64,000 bases of DNA from an uncultured Bacteroidota bacterium (GCA_902800395.1 CADCEC010000009.1:10488-74487); one strand, 5' to 3'; numbered from the stretch's first letter, positions 26,358-35,491 are shown. Notes: a model not told the origin generated them from the sequence alone. Program-made: numbers and translations.

Positions 26358-26395
26358 TTCCGAAATTAAGAATTAGTAATTAAGAATTAAGAATC
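26355..26395. repeat. (TTAAGAA)n heptamer repeat from the usp stop to the SPOR gene ATG
   Basis: taattccgaaattaagaattagtaattaagaattaagaatc. Confidence 0.85.
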
Positions 26396-26845
26396 ATGAA
26401 GACACTTCGTGCTGCAATATTTTTAATTTTTAATTTTTCATTCTTTATAGCCCCTGTTTTCTCTCAAGGCAGCCGTTTCTCCGTTACCGGCGACGTGGCT
26501 GTCAACGCCATGGTGGAGCGACATGTGGAATTCAACAACAGGGTAAAGACCATCCCGGGATTCCGCGTACAGATAGCCTCTTTCTCGGGAGCCAACTCGA
26601 AGAACAGCGCTTTCAGCCTGCGCGACCGCTTCGTCATCGACTACCCTGCCGTACAGGCATATATCGTCTTCGATGAGCCCAACTTCAAGGTAAAAGTCGG
26701 TGACTTCCGCACCCGCCTCGAGGCTTATGCTTTCCTACAGCAAATCAAAGAGGTATACAAAGGCTACATCATCAAAGACAATATCAATCCCGAACCGCCC
26801 ACAGTCGAGGACTACGCTCCGGACGATTTAGAAGAGGAATTCTAG
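26396..26845 (+). CDS. SPOR domain-containing protein
   Basis: Signal/anchor sequence, then GFRVQIASFSG...FKVKVGDFRTRLEAYAF, which is typical of SPOR. Confidence 0.7.
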   Translation: MKTLRAAIFLIFNFSFFIAPVFSQGSRFSVTGDVAVNAMVERHVEFNNRVKTIPGFRVQIASFSGANSKNSAFSLRDRFVIDYPAVQAYIVFDEPNFKVKVGDFRTRLEAYAFLQQIKEVYKGYIIKDNINPEPPTVEDYAPDDLEEEF

Positions 26846-27933
26846 ACAAACAAAGCTGCGGCCATGCCGTCGGCATGAAGTAAACCCTCGGGGGTAGGAA
26901 CAAAACAGTTGTCTTTCAAGACAATCCAGTCCAAATCAACATAAGGTTGCATCCCACAATGCAGCCTTTCTTTATACTTTTTAGGCACCTGTGCAAGTGC
27001 CAGGCCACGGGTGGTACGGAGGGCTGTCATTAGAAGTTCGTTGTAAGCATCGGCCTCAGTGAGGATCTCCTGCTCGAAGGTGCCGTCGGGCTTGTTCCAA
27101 CGTCGCTTTTCGACATGGGCGACCGAAGTGGAGCCACCGTCGAAGAGAGAAAAGCTGTGTGCACCAGGACCCAGGCCGAGGTAGGGGGTGCGGTCCCAGT
27201 AGCGACTATTGTGCTTCGACTCAAAGCCGGGACGGGCGTAGTTGCTGACCTCGTACTGTCGGAATCCGGCCTTCAGAAGTTGTTGACGCAGAGCATGGTA
27301 TTGTTGTATCACTTCCTCCTCGTCAGGCAGCACTACCCTACCCTGCTCCACCTGTACGGCCAGTGCGGTGCCAGGTTCCACGGTGAGGGCATAGGCGGAG
27401 ACATGGGAAACCAATTGAAAATTGAAAGCTGAAAATTGAAAAGTTTCTGGCAGACCATAGATAAAGTCGACGCTGAGATTGCTAAATCCTAAAGCATGAG
27501 CATTCTCCACAGCAGCAAGGGCCTGGTTTGCGGTATGGCGGCGACCGATGAGGCGAAGCATCGCGTCGTCAAGACTCTGGATGCCGATACTCAGACGGTC
27601 TACAAAACCCAAGTCACTGAGTCCCTGCAGGTAACCAACAGTCAAGTCTTCAGGATTTGCTTCGAGGGTCACCTCTTCGACCTGCGAGAGGTCGAAGCAC
27701 TCATGCAACGCCTTGACAATGCGCTCCAGCTCGCCAAGAGGCAGAATCGACGGGGTACCACCTCCGAAGTAGATAGTGCGAATAGGATGATTTTGCTCGT
27801 GACAACGCAGACGAATCTCCTCGATAAGGGCGTCGACGTAGCTTTCCACTTTCCACTTTCCACTTTCCACCTTGGAAAAGAAAGCACAGTAGGTACACTT
27901 GCGATGACAGAAAGGAACGTGAATGTAGATCAC
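26842..27933 (-). CDS. hemW: Radical SAM heme chaperone HemW (HemN-like)
   Basis: IYIHVPFCHRKCTYCAF radical SAM motif, FGGGTPS, and a HemN C-terminal domain. GTG start. Contains two repeat-derived inserts. Confidence 0.85.
   Translation of the reverse strand: MIYIHVPFCHRKCTYCAFFSKVESGKWKVESYVDALIEEIRLRCHEQNHPIRTIYFGGGTPSILPLGELERIVKALHECFDLSQVEEVTLEANPEDLTVGYLQGLSDLGFVDRLSIGIQSLDDAMLRLIGRRHTANQALAAVENAHALGFSNLSVDFIYGLPETFQFSAFNFQLVSHVSAYALTVEPGTALAVQVEQGRVVLPDEEEVIQQYHALRQQLLKAGFRQYEVSNYARPGFESKHNSRYWDRTPYLGLGPGAHSFSLFDGGSTSVAHVEKRRWNKPDGTFEQEILTEADAYNELLMTALRTTRGLALAQVPKKYKERLHCGMQPYVDLDWIVLKDNCFVPTPEGLLHADGMAAALFV
27411..27442. repeat. (ATTGAAA)n heptamer repeat, in frame in hemW (FQFSAFNFQL)
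   Basis: caattgaaaattgaaagctgaaaattgaaaag. Confidence 0.8.
27842..27871 (-). repeat. (GGAAAGT)4 repeat, in frame in hemW (VESGKWKVES)
   Basis: The plus strand reads ctttccactttccactttccactttccacc. Confidence 0.9.
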
Positions 27934-27972
27934 CTCTTAGCTCTTAGTTCTTAGTTCTTAGTTCTCTAAGAG
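27934..27972. repeat. (CTTAGTT)n, the reverse complement of (TAAGAAC)n, from the hemW start to the meaB C-terminus
   Basis: ctcttagctcttagttcttagttcttagttctctaagag. Confidence 0.85.
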
Positions 27973-29046
27973 TTGGTCTGCAGCCGCATAAGGGCTAATC
28001 TTGTTTTCAAGGATATCCCTGCTGAGAGCCTCGATGCGCTCCTCGATACCGGGCGTACCGTAAAAGCGTTCGCGGAGACCATTCTCGATGGCTTCGGTCA
28101 TAATGCGGAGGTTCTGCTGCTGACGTTTCTGATAGAAATAACCGTTGCCTTTGGTGAAGGTGACATAGTCCATCACCGAATTCCACAGTTCCTCCACTCC
28201 CTCCTTGGTGTAGGCCGAACAGAGCGTCACCTTGACCGTCCAGCCGCTCTCCGGCATCGGGAAGAGGTGCAGCGCGTTACGGAACTGACCGGCAGAGAGT
28301 TCGGAGCGTTGCTTGTCGAGTTCGCACTTGTTGATGGCTATCATATCGGCCATCTCCATGATGCCGCGCTTGATGCCCTGGAGTTCGTCGCCGGTATTGG
28401 CCAACTGGAGCAAGAGGAAGAAATCGACCATCGAGTGTGCCGCCACCTCGCTCTGTCCAACGCCCACTGTTTCAACGATAACCACATCGAAACCCGCGGC
28501 TTCGCACAGGGTAATAATCTCGCGCGTCTTGCGAGCAACACCTCCCAGCGAACCCGCCGAAGGGCTGGGCCGGATGAAGGCATTAGGGTCGACAGAAAGC
28601 TCCTCCATGCGCGTCTTGTCTCCAAGGATGGAGCCTTTGGATCGCTCGCTGCTGGGGTCGATGGCGAGGACGGCCACCTTGTGGTTGTGGGCGGTAAGCA
28701 TCTTGCCGAGAGCCTCGATGAGGGTACTCTTACCGGCACCAGGGACACCCGTGATGCCAAGGCGGACGCTCTTGCCACTGTAGGGCAGACAGCGTTCGAT
28801 GACCTCCTGGGCTTTCTTCTGGTGTTCAAAACGAGAGCTCTCCACTAGCGTGATGGCACGACTGAGAAGGGTGCGGTCGCCATGACGGATGCCACTCACA
28901 AGTTCCTCAACAGTAGGATCCTGGCGCTTGCGGGCGCGCATGCGATCGATATAAGAGTTGCTCACCTGCTCAGGCTGTTGGATGCCCGGAGCCACGCTGA
29001 GTGCCGTGTCATATTCGAAATTGCTATAAAGATGCTTGTCGTCCAT
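27958..29046 (-). CDS. meaB: Methylmalonyl-CoA mutase-associated GTPase MeaB/ArgK
   Basis: GVPGAGKST, DPSS..SKGSILGDKTRM, ETVGVGQSE, and INKCE. Confidence 0.9.
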   Translation of the reverse strand: MDDKHLYSNFEYDTALSVAPGIQQPEQVSNSYIDRMRARKRQDPTVEELVSGIRHGDRTLLSRAITLVESSRFEHQKKAQEVIERCLPYSGKSVRLGITGVPGAGKSTLIEALGKMLTAHNHKVAVLAIDPSSERSKGSILGDKTRMEELSVDPNAFIRPSPSAGSLGGVARKTREIITLCEAAGFDVVIVETVGVGQSEVAAHSMVDFFLLLQLANTGDELQGIKRGIMEMADMIAINKCELDKQRSELSAGQFRNALHLFPMPESGWTVKVTLCSAYTKEGVEELWNSVMDYVTFTKGNGYFYQKRQQQNLRIMTEAIENGLRERFYGTPGIEERIEALSRDILENKISPYAAADQLLEN

Positions 29047-29095
29047 AGTAAAAAATATAACGAAAAATAAACGGGGTTATTGCGGCAGGGATACA

Positions 29096-29118
29096 AAAAA
29101 AACATCCACCCGTGGATG
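29096..29118 (-). terminator. Rho-independent terminator after tRNA-Met
   Basis: On the minus strand, CATCCACGGGTGGATG is followed by TTTTTTT. Confidence 0.75.
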
Positions 29119-29127
29119 AATGTTTCT

Positions 29128-29204
29128 TGGTAGCGGGAATCAGACTTGAACTGATGACCTCCGGGTTATGAATCCAGCGCTCTAACCAGCTGAGCTATCC
29201 CGCC
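29128..29204 (-). tRNA. tRNA-Met (anticodon CAU), encoded CCA end
   Basis: The reverse complement reads GGCGGGATAGCTCAGCTGGTTAGAGCGCTGGATTCATAACCCGGAGGTCATCAGTTCAAGTCTGATTCCCGCTACCA. It folds as a cloverleaf with a TTCATAA anticodon loop. A lysidine-modified tRNA-Ile2 identity cannot be excluded from sequence alone. Confidence 0.9.
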
Positions 29205-29238
29205 ATCTCTGGACAAATTCTCGTCTCAAAAGCGGGTG

Positions 29239-29246
29239 CAAAAGTA
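29239..29246 (-). promoter_or_regulatory. -7 promoter box TACTTTTG (tRNA-Met)
   Basis: Reverse complement of CAAAAGTA, about 35 nt upstream of the mature tRNA 5' end. Confidence 0.5.
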
Positions 29247-29331
29247 CTAACATTTTCCGAAACCACCAAATTATTTTACAAAATAATTCGCAAAACAATA
29301 ATTATCAGCAAGAAACATTTTTAGCAAAGTA

Positions 29332-30399
29332 TCATCCGCGAAGCACAATACCAGACAAAGAACCTCCGACGGAGTCGAATTTTGCCCCTGTGACGGAAGC
29401 CAACGTGTTCACCTTTCCCGTGAGTCGCAAATATCCCAACAAGGCAAAAATAAGCGCTTCCTTGTAGTTGACAATCAGCGCATCAGGGACAGTAATCTCA
29501 ACGTCAGGACAGTATTTCCCAATTATCTCGAGCAGATAGGTGTTCCATGCACCGCCGCCGGTAACAAGCAGACTCTTTATCTGCTGACACTCCACCACAC
29601 GGGCTATCTGTATGGCAATGTGTGAGGTAACGGTAGCCAACGCATCGCGGGCTTTCGACAATGAAGGAACAAAACCCGTGAACTCTTTCACCAATGGCCA
29701 GAACTGGCTGAGAAACCACTCCTTTCCTAGCGATTTCGGTCCCGGAAGTGTATAATAATCAAGCGCATCGAGATTATGCAACAGACAGGTGTGAACCTCT
29801 CCATTGCGAGCATTGGCACCTTGGTCATCGTAAGGATAGCCCAGCATGGCGGCCAGTCGGTTCAGAGCTATATTGCAGGGACTAACATCGTATGCAACAC
29901 GCGCTCCATCAGTTCGATAGGAGATATTGGCGATACCGCCGAGATTAAGGCAAGCATCGTACTCACCAAACAATAATTCGTCGCCTATCGGCACCAGCGG
30001 TGCCCCTTGACCACCGAGAGCCACATCGAGGGTGCGGAAGTTGGAGACCACCGGCAATCCCGTCTCGGCAGCAATGGCATCACCGTCTCCAATCTGGGTG
30101 GTAAGACCGCGTTGCGGCTGATGAAAAATGGTATGTCCATGCGAAGCAATCGCCTCGGGGCACTCCTTACCCTGTAAAAAGGCGTTTATTTTCTGACCAA
30201 AAAGATGTCCCAACTCCACATTTGCAAGAGCATATTCGTAGGCAGAGGCATTCTCGAGCGTCGACAGCCGCTGTCGCCATTCCCCAGAGTAAGGCATCGT
30301 TTCAGCTGCCAAAATCTTATAACCATGCTCATCAATGTCACACAATGCCAAATCGATTCCGTCGAGCGACGTACCCGACATCAAGCCCAATATCTTCAT
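29332..30399 (-). CDS. anmK: Anhydro-N-acetylmuramic acid kinase
   Basis: MKILGLMSGTSLDGIDLAL, NIGGIANIS, and typical length. Confidence 0.9.
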   Translation of the reverse strand: MKILGLMSGTSLDGIDLALCDIDEHGYKILAAETMPYSGEWRQRLSTLENASAYEYALANVELGHLFGQKINAFLQGKECPEAIASHGHTIFHQPQRGLTTQIGDGDAIAAETGLPVVSNFRTLDVALGGQGAPLVPIGDELLFGEYDACLNLGGIANISYRTDGARVAYDVSPCNIALNRLAAMLGYPYDDQGANARNGEVHTCLLHNLDALDYYTLPGPKSLGKEWFLSQFWPLVKEFTGFVPSLSKARDALATVTSHIAIQIARVVECQQIKSLLVTGGGAWNTYLLEIIGKYCPDVEITVPDALIVNYKEALIFALLGYLRLTGKVNTLASVTGAKFDSVGGSLSGIVLRG

Positions 30400-30431
30400 A
30401 TTACTGCCGTTTTTTTCAAAAATATCGAGTG

Positions 30432-30439
30432 CAAAAGTA
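30432..30439 (-). promoter_or_regulatory. -7 promoter box TACTTTTG (anmK)
   Basis: Reverse complement of CAAAAGTA, upstream of the ATG at 30399. Confidence 0.5.
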
Positions 30440-30513
30440 CGAAAAAATATCCTAATAATCAGCCTTTAAAAAAGATTTTTTTTATTTAAAGACTCTATTT
30501 CGAAAAAAATGTG

Positions 30514-30521
30514 TAACTTTG
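30514..30521 (+). promoter_or_regulatory. -7 promoter box TAACTTTG (ridA, acyl-CoA dehydrogenase, etfBA operon)
   Basis: TAnnTTTG, 35 nt upstream of the ATG at 30556. Confidence 0.5.
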
Positions 30522-30555
30522 CACCCTCAGAAAATTAATAAAAAACAACAATAAC

Positions 30556-30930
30556 ATGAAGAAAATCATCAACACACCCAACGCCCCCGCGGCTATCGGA
30601 CCCTACAGCCAGGCTGTGCAGGCCGGCAACACCCTCTACATTTCGGGTCAGATTCCCATTAACCCCGCCACCAAGACTGTCCCTGAGGGCATTACCGCCC
30701 AGACCGAGCAGGTGATGCAGAACATCAAGGCCATCCTCGACGAGGCCGGCTACACCTTCCAGGATGTGGTGAAGAGCACCTGCCTGCTGGCCGACATGGA
30801 GTATTTCAAACCCATGAACGAGGTCTACGCCAAGTACTACAACACCGACTGCCCCGCCCGCGCCGCCTTCGCCGTGAAGGGCCTGCCCATGGGCGTGCTC
30901 GTCGAGATTGAAACCATTGCTGTGAAATAA
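30556..30930 (+). CDS. ridA: RidA family protein (YjgF/L-PSP)
   Basis: APAAIGPYSQAV...YISGQIP and PARAAF.V..LP.GVLVEIE. Confidence 0.9.
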   Translation: MKKIINTPNAPAAIGPYSQAVQAGNTLYISGQIPINPATKTVPEGITAQTEQVMQNIKAILDEAGYTFQDVVKSTCLLADMEYFKPMNEVYAKYYNTDCPARAAFAVKGLPMGVLVEIETIAVK

Positions 30931-30943
30931 TAAACGATACAAT

Positions 30944-32083
30944 ATGGATTTTAGCTTCACCAAACAAGAAGAACTCTTCCTGCAGATGATTCGCGAGTTT
31001 GCAGAGAAGGAAGTCAAGCCCCTCGCCGCCGAAGTCGACGAGGAGGAGCGTTTCCCCATGGAGACCGTCCAGAAGATGGCCAAGATAGGCCTGATGGGTA
31101 TTCCCATCCCCACCCAGTATGGCGGCGCCGGCGGCACCAACATCATGTACGGCATGGCCGTCGAGGAACTCAGCCGCGTCTGCGCCACCACGGGCGTCAT
31201 CCTCTCCGCCCACACCTCCCTCTGCTGCGCCCCCATCTTGGAGGCCGGCACCGAGGAACAGAAGATGAAATACCTGCCCAAGCTCGCCAGCGGCGAGTGG
31301 ATTGGGGCCTTCGGCCTCACCGAGCCCAATGCTGGTACCGATGCCGCCGGTCAGCAGACCATCGCCGTCGAGGACGGTGACTACTGGGTGCTCAACGGCA
31401 GCAAGATTTTCATCACCAACGGCAGCTACGCCAACGTGTTCATCATCATCGCCATGACCGACAAGAGCCTCGGCACCAAGGGCATCAGCGCCTTCATCGT
31501 CGAGAAGACCGACCCGGGCTTCAGCATCGGCAAGAAGGAGAAGAAGATGGGTATCCGCGGCAGCGCCACCACCGAGCTTATCTTCGAGGACTGCCGCATC
31601 CCGAAGGACCGTCAGCTGGGTCAGCTGGGCAAAGGTTTCGGCCTCGCCATGAAGACCCTCGATGGTGGCCGTATCGGTATCGCCTGCCAGGCCCTCGGCA
31701 TCGCCCAGGGTGCTATGGACGAGACCGTCAAGTACACCAAGGAGCGTAAGCAGTTCGGCCGCAGCATCAGCCAGTTCCAGAACACGCAGTTCCAGATGGC
31801 CGACCTTGAGACCAAAGTCCAGGCCGCCCGTCTGCTCTGCCGCTCGGCCCACTACAAGAAAGACCACGGCATCCCCTACTCTGCCGATGCCGCTATGGCC
31901 AAGCTCTTCAGCGCCGAGACCGCTATGGAGGTGACCACCAAGGCCGTCCAGTTCCACGGCGGCTATGGCTACACCCGCGAGTACCCCGTCGAGCGCATGA
32001 TGCGCGACGCCAAAATCACCGAGATTTACGAAGGCACCAGCGAAGTGCAGCGCATGGTCATCGCTGGCAAATTATTCAAATAA
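30944..32083 (+). CDS. Acyl-CoA dehydrogenase (butyryl-CoA dehydrogenase-like)
   Basis: GLTEPNAGTDA, QFGRSISQFQNTQF, and the catalytic end YEGTSEVQR. Directly followed by etfB and etfA. Confidence 0.9.
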   Translation: MDFSFTKQEELFLQMIREFAEKEVKPLAAEVDEEERFPMETVQKMAKIGLMGIPIPTQYGGAGGTNIMYGMAVEELSRVCATTGVILSAHTSLCCAPILEAGTEEQKMKYLPKLASGEWIGAFGLTEPNAGTDAAGQQTIAVEDGDYWVLNGSKIFITNGSYANVFIIIAMTDKSLGTKGISAFIVEKTDPGFSIGKKEKKMGIRGSATTELIFEDCRIPKDRQLGQLGKGFGLAMKTLDGGRIGIACQALGIAQGAMDETVKYTKERKQFGRSISQFQNTQFQMADLETKVQAARLLCRSAHYKKDHGIPYSADAAMAKLFSAETAMEVTTKAVQFHGGYGYTREYPVERMMRDAKITEIYEGTSEVQRMVIAGKLFK

Positions 32084-32098
32084 TAGAAAGTTAAGACA

Positions 32099-32884
32099 AT
32101 GAACATTGTAGTTTGCATAAAGCAAGTGCCGGACACCACCGAGGTGAAAATCAATCCCGTGACCGGTACGCTCATCCGCGAGGGCGTTCCCTCGATTATG
32201 AACCCCGATGACAAGGGCGGCCTTGAGTACGCCCTGCAGCTGAAGGACAAGTACGGTGCCCACGTCACCGTCATCACCATGGGTCTGCCCCAGGCCGAGG
32301 CCATCCTCCGCGAGGCCCTCGCCATGGGTGTCGACCGCGCCATCCTGCTGACCGACCGCAAGCTCGGCGGCGCCGATACGCTGGCCACCAGCAGCGCCCT
32401 CGCCGGCGCCCTGCGCACCATGGATGTCGACCTCATCATCACCGGCCGCCAGGCCATCGACGGTGACACCGCCCAGGTGGGTCCCCAGATTGCCGAGCAC
32501 CTCGACCTGCCGCAGGTCTCCTACATGGAGGACCTCCAGTACAACGAGGCTACCAAGACCTTCACCATCAAGAAACAGCTCGAGGACGGCTACCAGATTC
32601 TCGAGATGCAGGCTCCCTGCGTCGTCACCGCCCTGGCCTCCAGCGTGCAGCCCCGCTACATGACCGTGAGCGGCATCGTCACCGCCTTCGACAAGGAAGT
32701 CGAGGTGTGGGGCGCCGACCGCATCAACGTGCCCGAGGAGCATATCGGCAAGGCCGGCTCGCCCACGAGCGTCTTCAAGTCGTTCCCCAAGCAGCTCAAG
32801 CCCGCCGGCCAGACCTTCGAAGTCAGCCCCGAAGAGGCCGTGGAACTCATCGTCAATAAACTGAAAGAGAAACACATTATTTGA
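32099..32884 (+). CDS. etfB: Electron transfer flavoprotein subunit beta
   Basis: MNIVVCIKQVPD, NPDDKGGLEYAL, and ITGRQAIDGDTAQVGP. Confidence 0.9.
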   Translation: MNIVVCIKQVPDTTEVKINPVTGTLIREGVPSIMNPDDKGGLEYALQLKDKYGAHVTVITMGLPQAEAILREALAMGVDRAILLTDRKLGGADTLATSSALAGALRTMDVDLIITGRQAIDGDTAQVGPQIAEHLDLPQVSYMEDLQYNEATKTFTIKKQLEDGYQILEMQAPCVVTALASSVQPRYMTVSGIVTAFDKEVEVWGADRINVPEEHIGKAGSPTSVFKSFPKQLKPAGQTFEVSPEEAVELIVNKLKEKHII

Positions 32885-32889
32885 TAGCC

Positions 32890-33900
32890 ATGAACTTAGC
32901 AGAATATAAAGACGTATACGTGTTTGCCGAGCAGCGCAACGGCAAACTGCAGAATGTGGCTCTTGAGCTCCTCGGCAAGGCCCGCGAGCTCGCCGACGCC
33001 AACAACGAGAAGGTCGTCGCCATGCTCCTCGGCAAGGACATCAAACCCCTCGCCCAGACCCTCATCGAGCACGGTGCCGACAAAGTGATGGTGGTCGACC
33101 ACGACCTGCTGAAGGACTACATGACCGAGCCCTACACCGAGGCCATCACCGCCATCATCGAGAGCGAGAAGCCCAGCATCATGCTCATCGGCGCCACCAC
33201 CATCGGCCGCGACCTCGGCCCCCGCGTCAGCGCCCGCAACCGCACCGGCCTCACCGCCGATGCCACCAAGCTGGAAATCAGCGATGACGAGGCCCACGAG
33301 TTCCGCATGACCCGTCCCGCCTTCGGCGGCAACCTCATGGCCACCATCCTCTGCAAGAACAACCGCCCGCAGATGTCCACCGTCCGCCCCGGCGTCATGC
33401 AGAAGATGGCCGCCGACAAAGGCCGCAAAGGCGAGGTCGTCGACTACAAGGTCAACTTCGATGAGAAGAAGATTGCCCGCGTGAAGCTCGTCAAGACCGT
33501 CAAGGAAGAGAAGACCGTCACCGACATCAGCGAGGCCAAGATCCTCGTCAGCGGTGGCCGCGGTGTCGGCACCAAGGACGGCTTCGCCAAGCTCGAGGCC
33601 CTGGCCAAAGAGCTCGGCGGCGAGGTCTCCAGCAGCCGCGCCATGGTCGACGCCGGCGTCATGGATGCCAGCCGTCAGGTGGGTCAGACCGGCAAGACCG
33701 TGCGTCCTGCCCTCTATATGGCCTGCGGCATCAGCGGTGCCATCCAGCACCTCGCCGGCATGGAGGAGAGCGAACTCATCGTCGCCATCAACAAGGACAA
33801 GTTCGCCCCCATCTTCCAGGTGGCCGACCTCGGCATCGTCGGCGACCTCCACAAGATCGTCCCCATGCTCACCGAGCGCCTGAAGACCATGCAGAAATAA
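32890..33900 (+). CDS. etfA: Electron transfer flavoprotein subunit alpha
   Basis: [39 protein letters not shown] at 32890. Confidence 0.9.
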   Translation: MNLAEYKDVYVFAEQRNGKLQNVALELLGKARELADANNEKVVAMLLGKDIKPLAQTLIEHGADKVMVVDHDLLKDYMTEPYTEAITAIIESEKPSIMLIGATTIGRDLGPRVSARNRTGLTADATKLEISDDEAHEFRMTRPAFGGNLMATILCKNNRPQMSTVRPGVMQKMAADKGRKGEVVDYKVNFDEKKIARVKLVKTVKEEKTVTDISEAKILVSGGRGVGTKDGFAKLEALAKELGGEVSSSRAMVDAGVMDASRQVGQTGKTVRPALYMACGISGAIQHLAGMEESELIVAINKDKFAPIFQVADLGIVGDLHKIVPMLTERLKTMQK

Positions 33901-33921
33901 TAATTACAGCATGCTACAATT

Positions 33922-33950
33922 AGCGGCCCACAGTACCTCTGTGGGCCGCT
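33922..33950 (+). terminator. 12-bp hairpin after etfA
   Basis: AGCGGCCCACAG-tacct-CTGTGGGCCGCT, 22 nt after the stop. Confidence 0.6.
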
Positions 33951-33958
33951 AAATATAA

Positions 33959-34246
33959 ATGCACATGGAATTTATCACTTATATGAAACGTATAGCTGTC
34001 GTGGACAACGGTGAGGAGATTGGGGAAGTGACGTTCCCCGAACGAGATGGCGTGTATGTCATCAACCACACCTATGTGGACGACCGCTACCGCGGACAGG
34101 GTATCGCAGCAGAACTGGTACGGCGGGCGGTGGAAGAAATCGAAAGTCGCGGTGGTCGCGTGGAGGCGACATGCTCATACGCGCTGCTGTGGCTGGCAAG
34201 AAACCGCGGATGCGAAATTACCAGCCCTTTAAGCTGCCCAATTTGA
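33959..34246 (+). CDS. Small GNAT acetyltransferase (YjdJ-like)
   Basis: About 90 aa, with [20 protein letters not shown]...ATCSY. The start is ambiguous among 33959, 33965 and 33983. Confidence 0.65.
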   Translation: MHMEFITYMKRIAVVDNGEEIGEVTFPERDGVYVINHTYVDDRYRGQGIAAELVRRAVEEIESRGGRVEATCSYALLWLARNRGCEITSPLSCPI

Positions 34247-34250
34247 TTTT

Positions 34251-34283
34251 TCAGAATACTCAGATTAATCAGAATACCCAGAA
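34251..34283. repeat. (ACTCAGAAT)-type 9-nt repeat upstream of the C-S lyase gene
   Basis: tcagaatactcagattaatcagaatacccagaa. Confidence 0.75.
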
Positions 34284-34288
34284 AAAAA

Positions 34289-35491
34289 ATGCAATACGAC
34301 TTTAACGAGATTATCGAGCGGCAGGGGACCGACTGCTTCAAATGGGACGCGCTAAAGGCGATGTATGGGCGCGAGGATGTGACGCCCATGTGGGTGGCGG
34401 ATATGGATTTCCGCTCGCCGAACTTCGTGATGGAGGCCATCCAACGTCGTTGCGAACACGAGGTGCTGGGCTACACCATGCCCTCCGAAGGCTACTGGCA
34501 AGCTGTCACATCATGGCTCAAAAAACATTATAACATACAGACCACCAAAGAAAACCTGCACTTCATCCCCGGCATCGTGGCGGGAATCAGTTACGCGCTG
34601 CTCTGCCTGACACAGCCTGGCGACAAGGTGCTGGTGACCACACCTGTCTACCCTCCCTTCCTTAACCTGCCAAAGGAGAGCGGAAGGACGCTGGTGTGCT
34701 CACCGTTGAAGATAGTGATGCCAGCAGGAAGCCAGCGCTCCAGATTCGAGATAGACTTCGACGATTTCGAACGCAAGATTGAGGGCTGCAAGCTCTTCAT
34801 CATGAGCAATCCTCACAATCCCGCCGGTACGGTGTGGGGAACGGATGTGCTACGCCGCATCGCTGACATCTGTGAACGACACAACGTTATCGTTATCAGC
34901 GACGAAATCCATGCCGACCTCACATTGCCGAACGATGCCGGCAAGATGCCGGCGCTCCATGTGAGCTACAGCACCGTGAACGATGCCGCCGCACGCCATA
35001 GCATCACCTTCATGGCTCCCAGCAAGACCTTCAATATCGCCGGCCTCGGCAGTTCCGTGTGTTTTATCGGTGATGAAACCCTAAGGAAACATTTCTTTGG
35101 CTGGCTCGACGCCCTGGGCGTGGCGGGCGGCAACATCTTCGCCTTCACCGCCGCCGAAGCCGCCTTCTCGCAAGGTGAGGACTGGCTCAACCAGATGCTG
35201 CATTACCTAAACGAGAACGTGAAGATTCTCGAGCAGTTCCTCACGGAGCGTATGCCCAAGGTGAAAGCCGTCCTTCCCGAAGCCTCCTACCTCGCCTGGC
35301 TTGACTTCAGCGACTACGGCCTCACGCATGAGCAGCTGAAAGACCGTCTCCTCAACGAAGCCAAAGTAGCCCTCAACGACGGCACAACATTCGGAGGCAA
35401 AGACTATGAATACTGCTTCCGCCTCAACCTCGGCTGTCCAAAGTCGATGCTCCTCGACGCCCTGGAGCGCATAGCAACGGCTATCAGATAA
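34289..35491 (+). CDS. MalY/PatB-type PLP-dependent C-S lyase (aminotransferase class I/II)
   Basis: KWDALKAMYGREDVTPMWVADMDF, NPHNPAG, and PSKTFNIAGL (PLP lysine). Confidence 0.85.
   Translation: MQYDFNEIIERQGTDCFKWDALKAMYGREDVTPMWVADMDFRSPNFVMEAIQRRCEHEVLGYTMPSEGYWQAVTSWLKKHYNIQTTKENLHFIPGIVAGISYALLCLTQPGDKVLVTTPVYPPFLNLPKESGRTLVCSPLKIVMPAGSQRSRFEIDFDDFERKIEGCKLFIMSNPHNPAGTVWGTDVLRRIADICERHNVIVISDEIHADLTLPNDAGKMPALHVSYSTVNDAAARHSITFMAPSKTFNIAGLGSSVCFIGDETLRKHFFGWLDALGVAGGNIFAFTAAEAAFSQGEDWLNQMLHYLNENVKILEQFLTERMPKVKAVLPEASYLAWLDFSDYGLTHEQLKDRLLNEAKVALNDGTTFGGKDYEYCFRLNLGCPKSMLLDALERIATAIR

Noticed and set aside
26842-26845. Convergent SPOR and hemW genes sharing a 4-nt CTAG in which both stop codons overlap. 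The C-S lyase and DMT transporter genes similarly overlap by 8 nt at 35484-35491.
   Set aside because: This is real but is a common consequence of compact genomes. There is no evidence of a functional antisense interaction.
29128-29204. Assigning the CAU tRNA specifically as initiator tRNA-fMet or as tRNA-Ile2.
   Set aside because: Position 1:72 is G:U rather than the C:A mismatch, and the anticodon stem lacks the three consecutive G:C pairs typical of bacterial initiators. Ile2 identity depends on lysidine modification and cannot be decided from sequence. I kept it as tRNA-Met(CAU).
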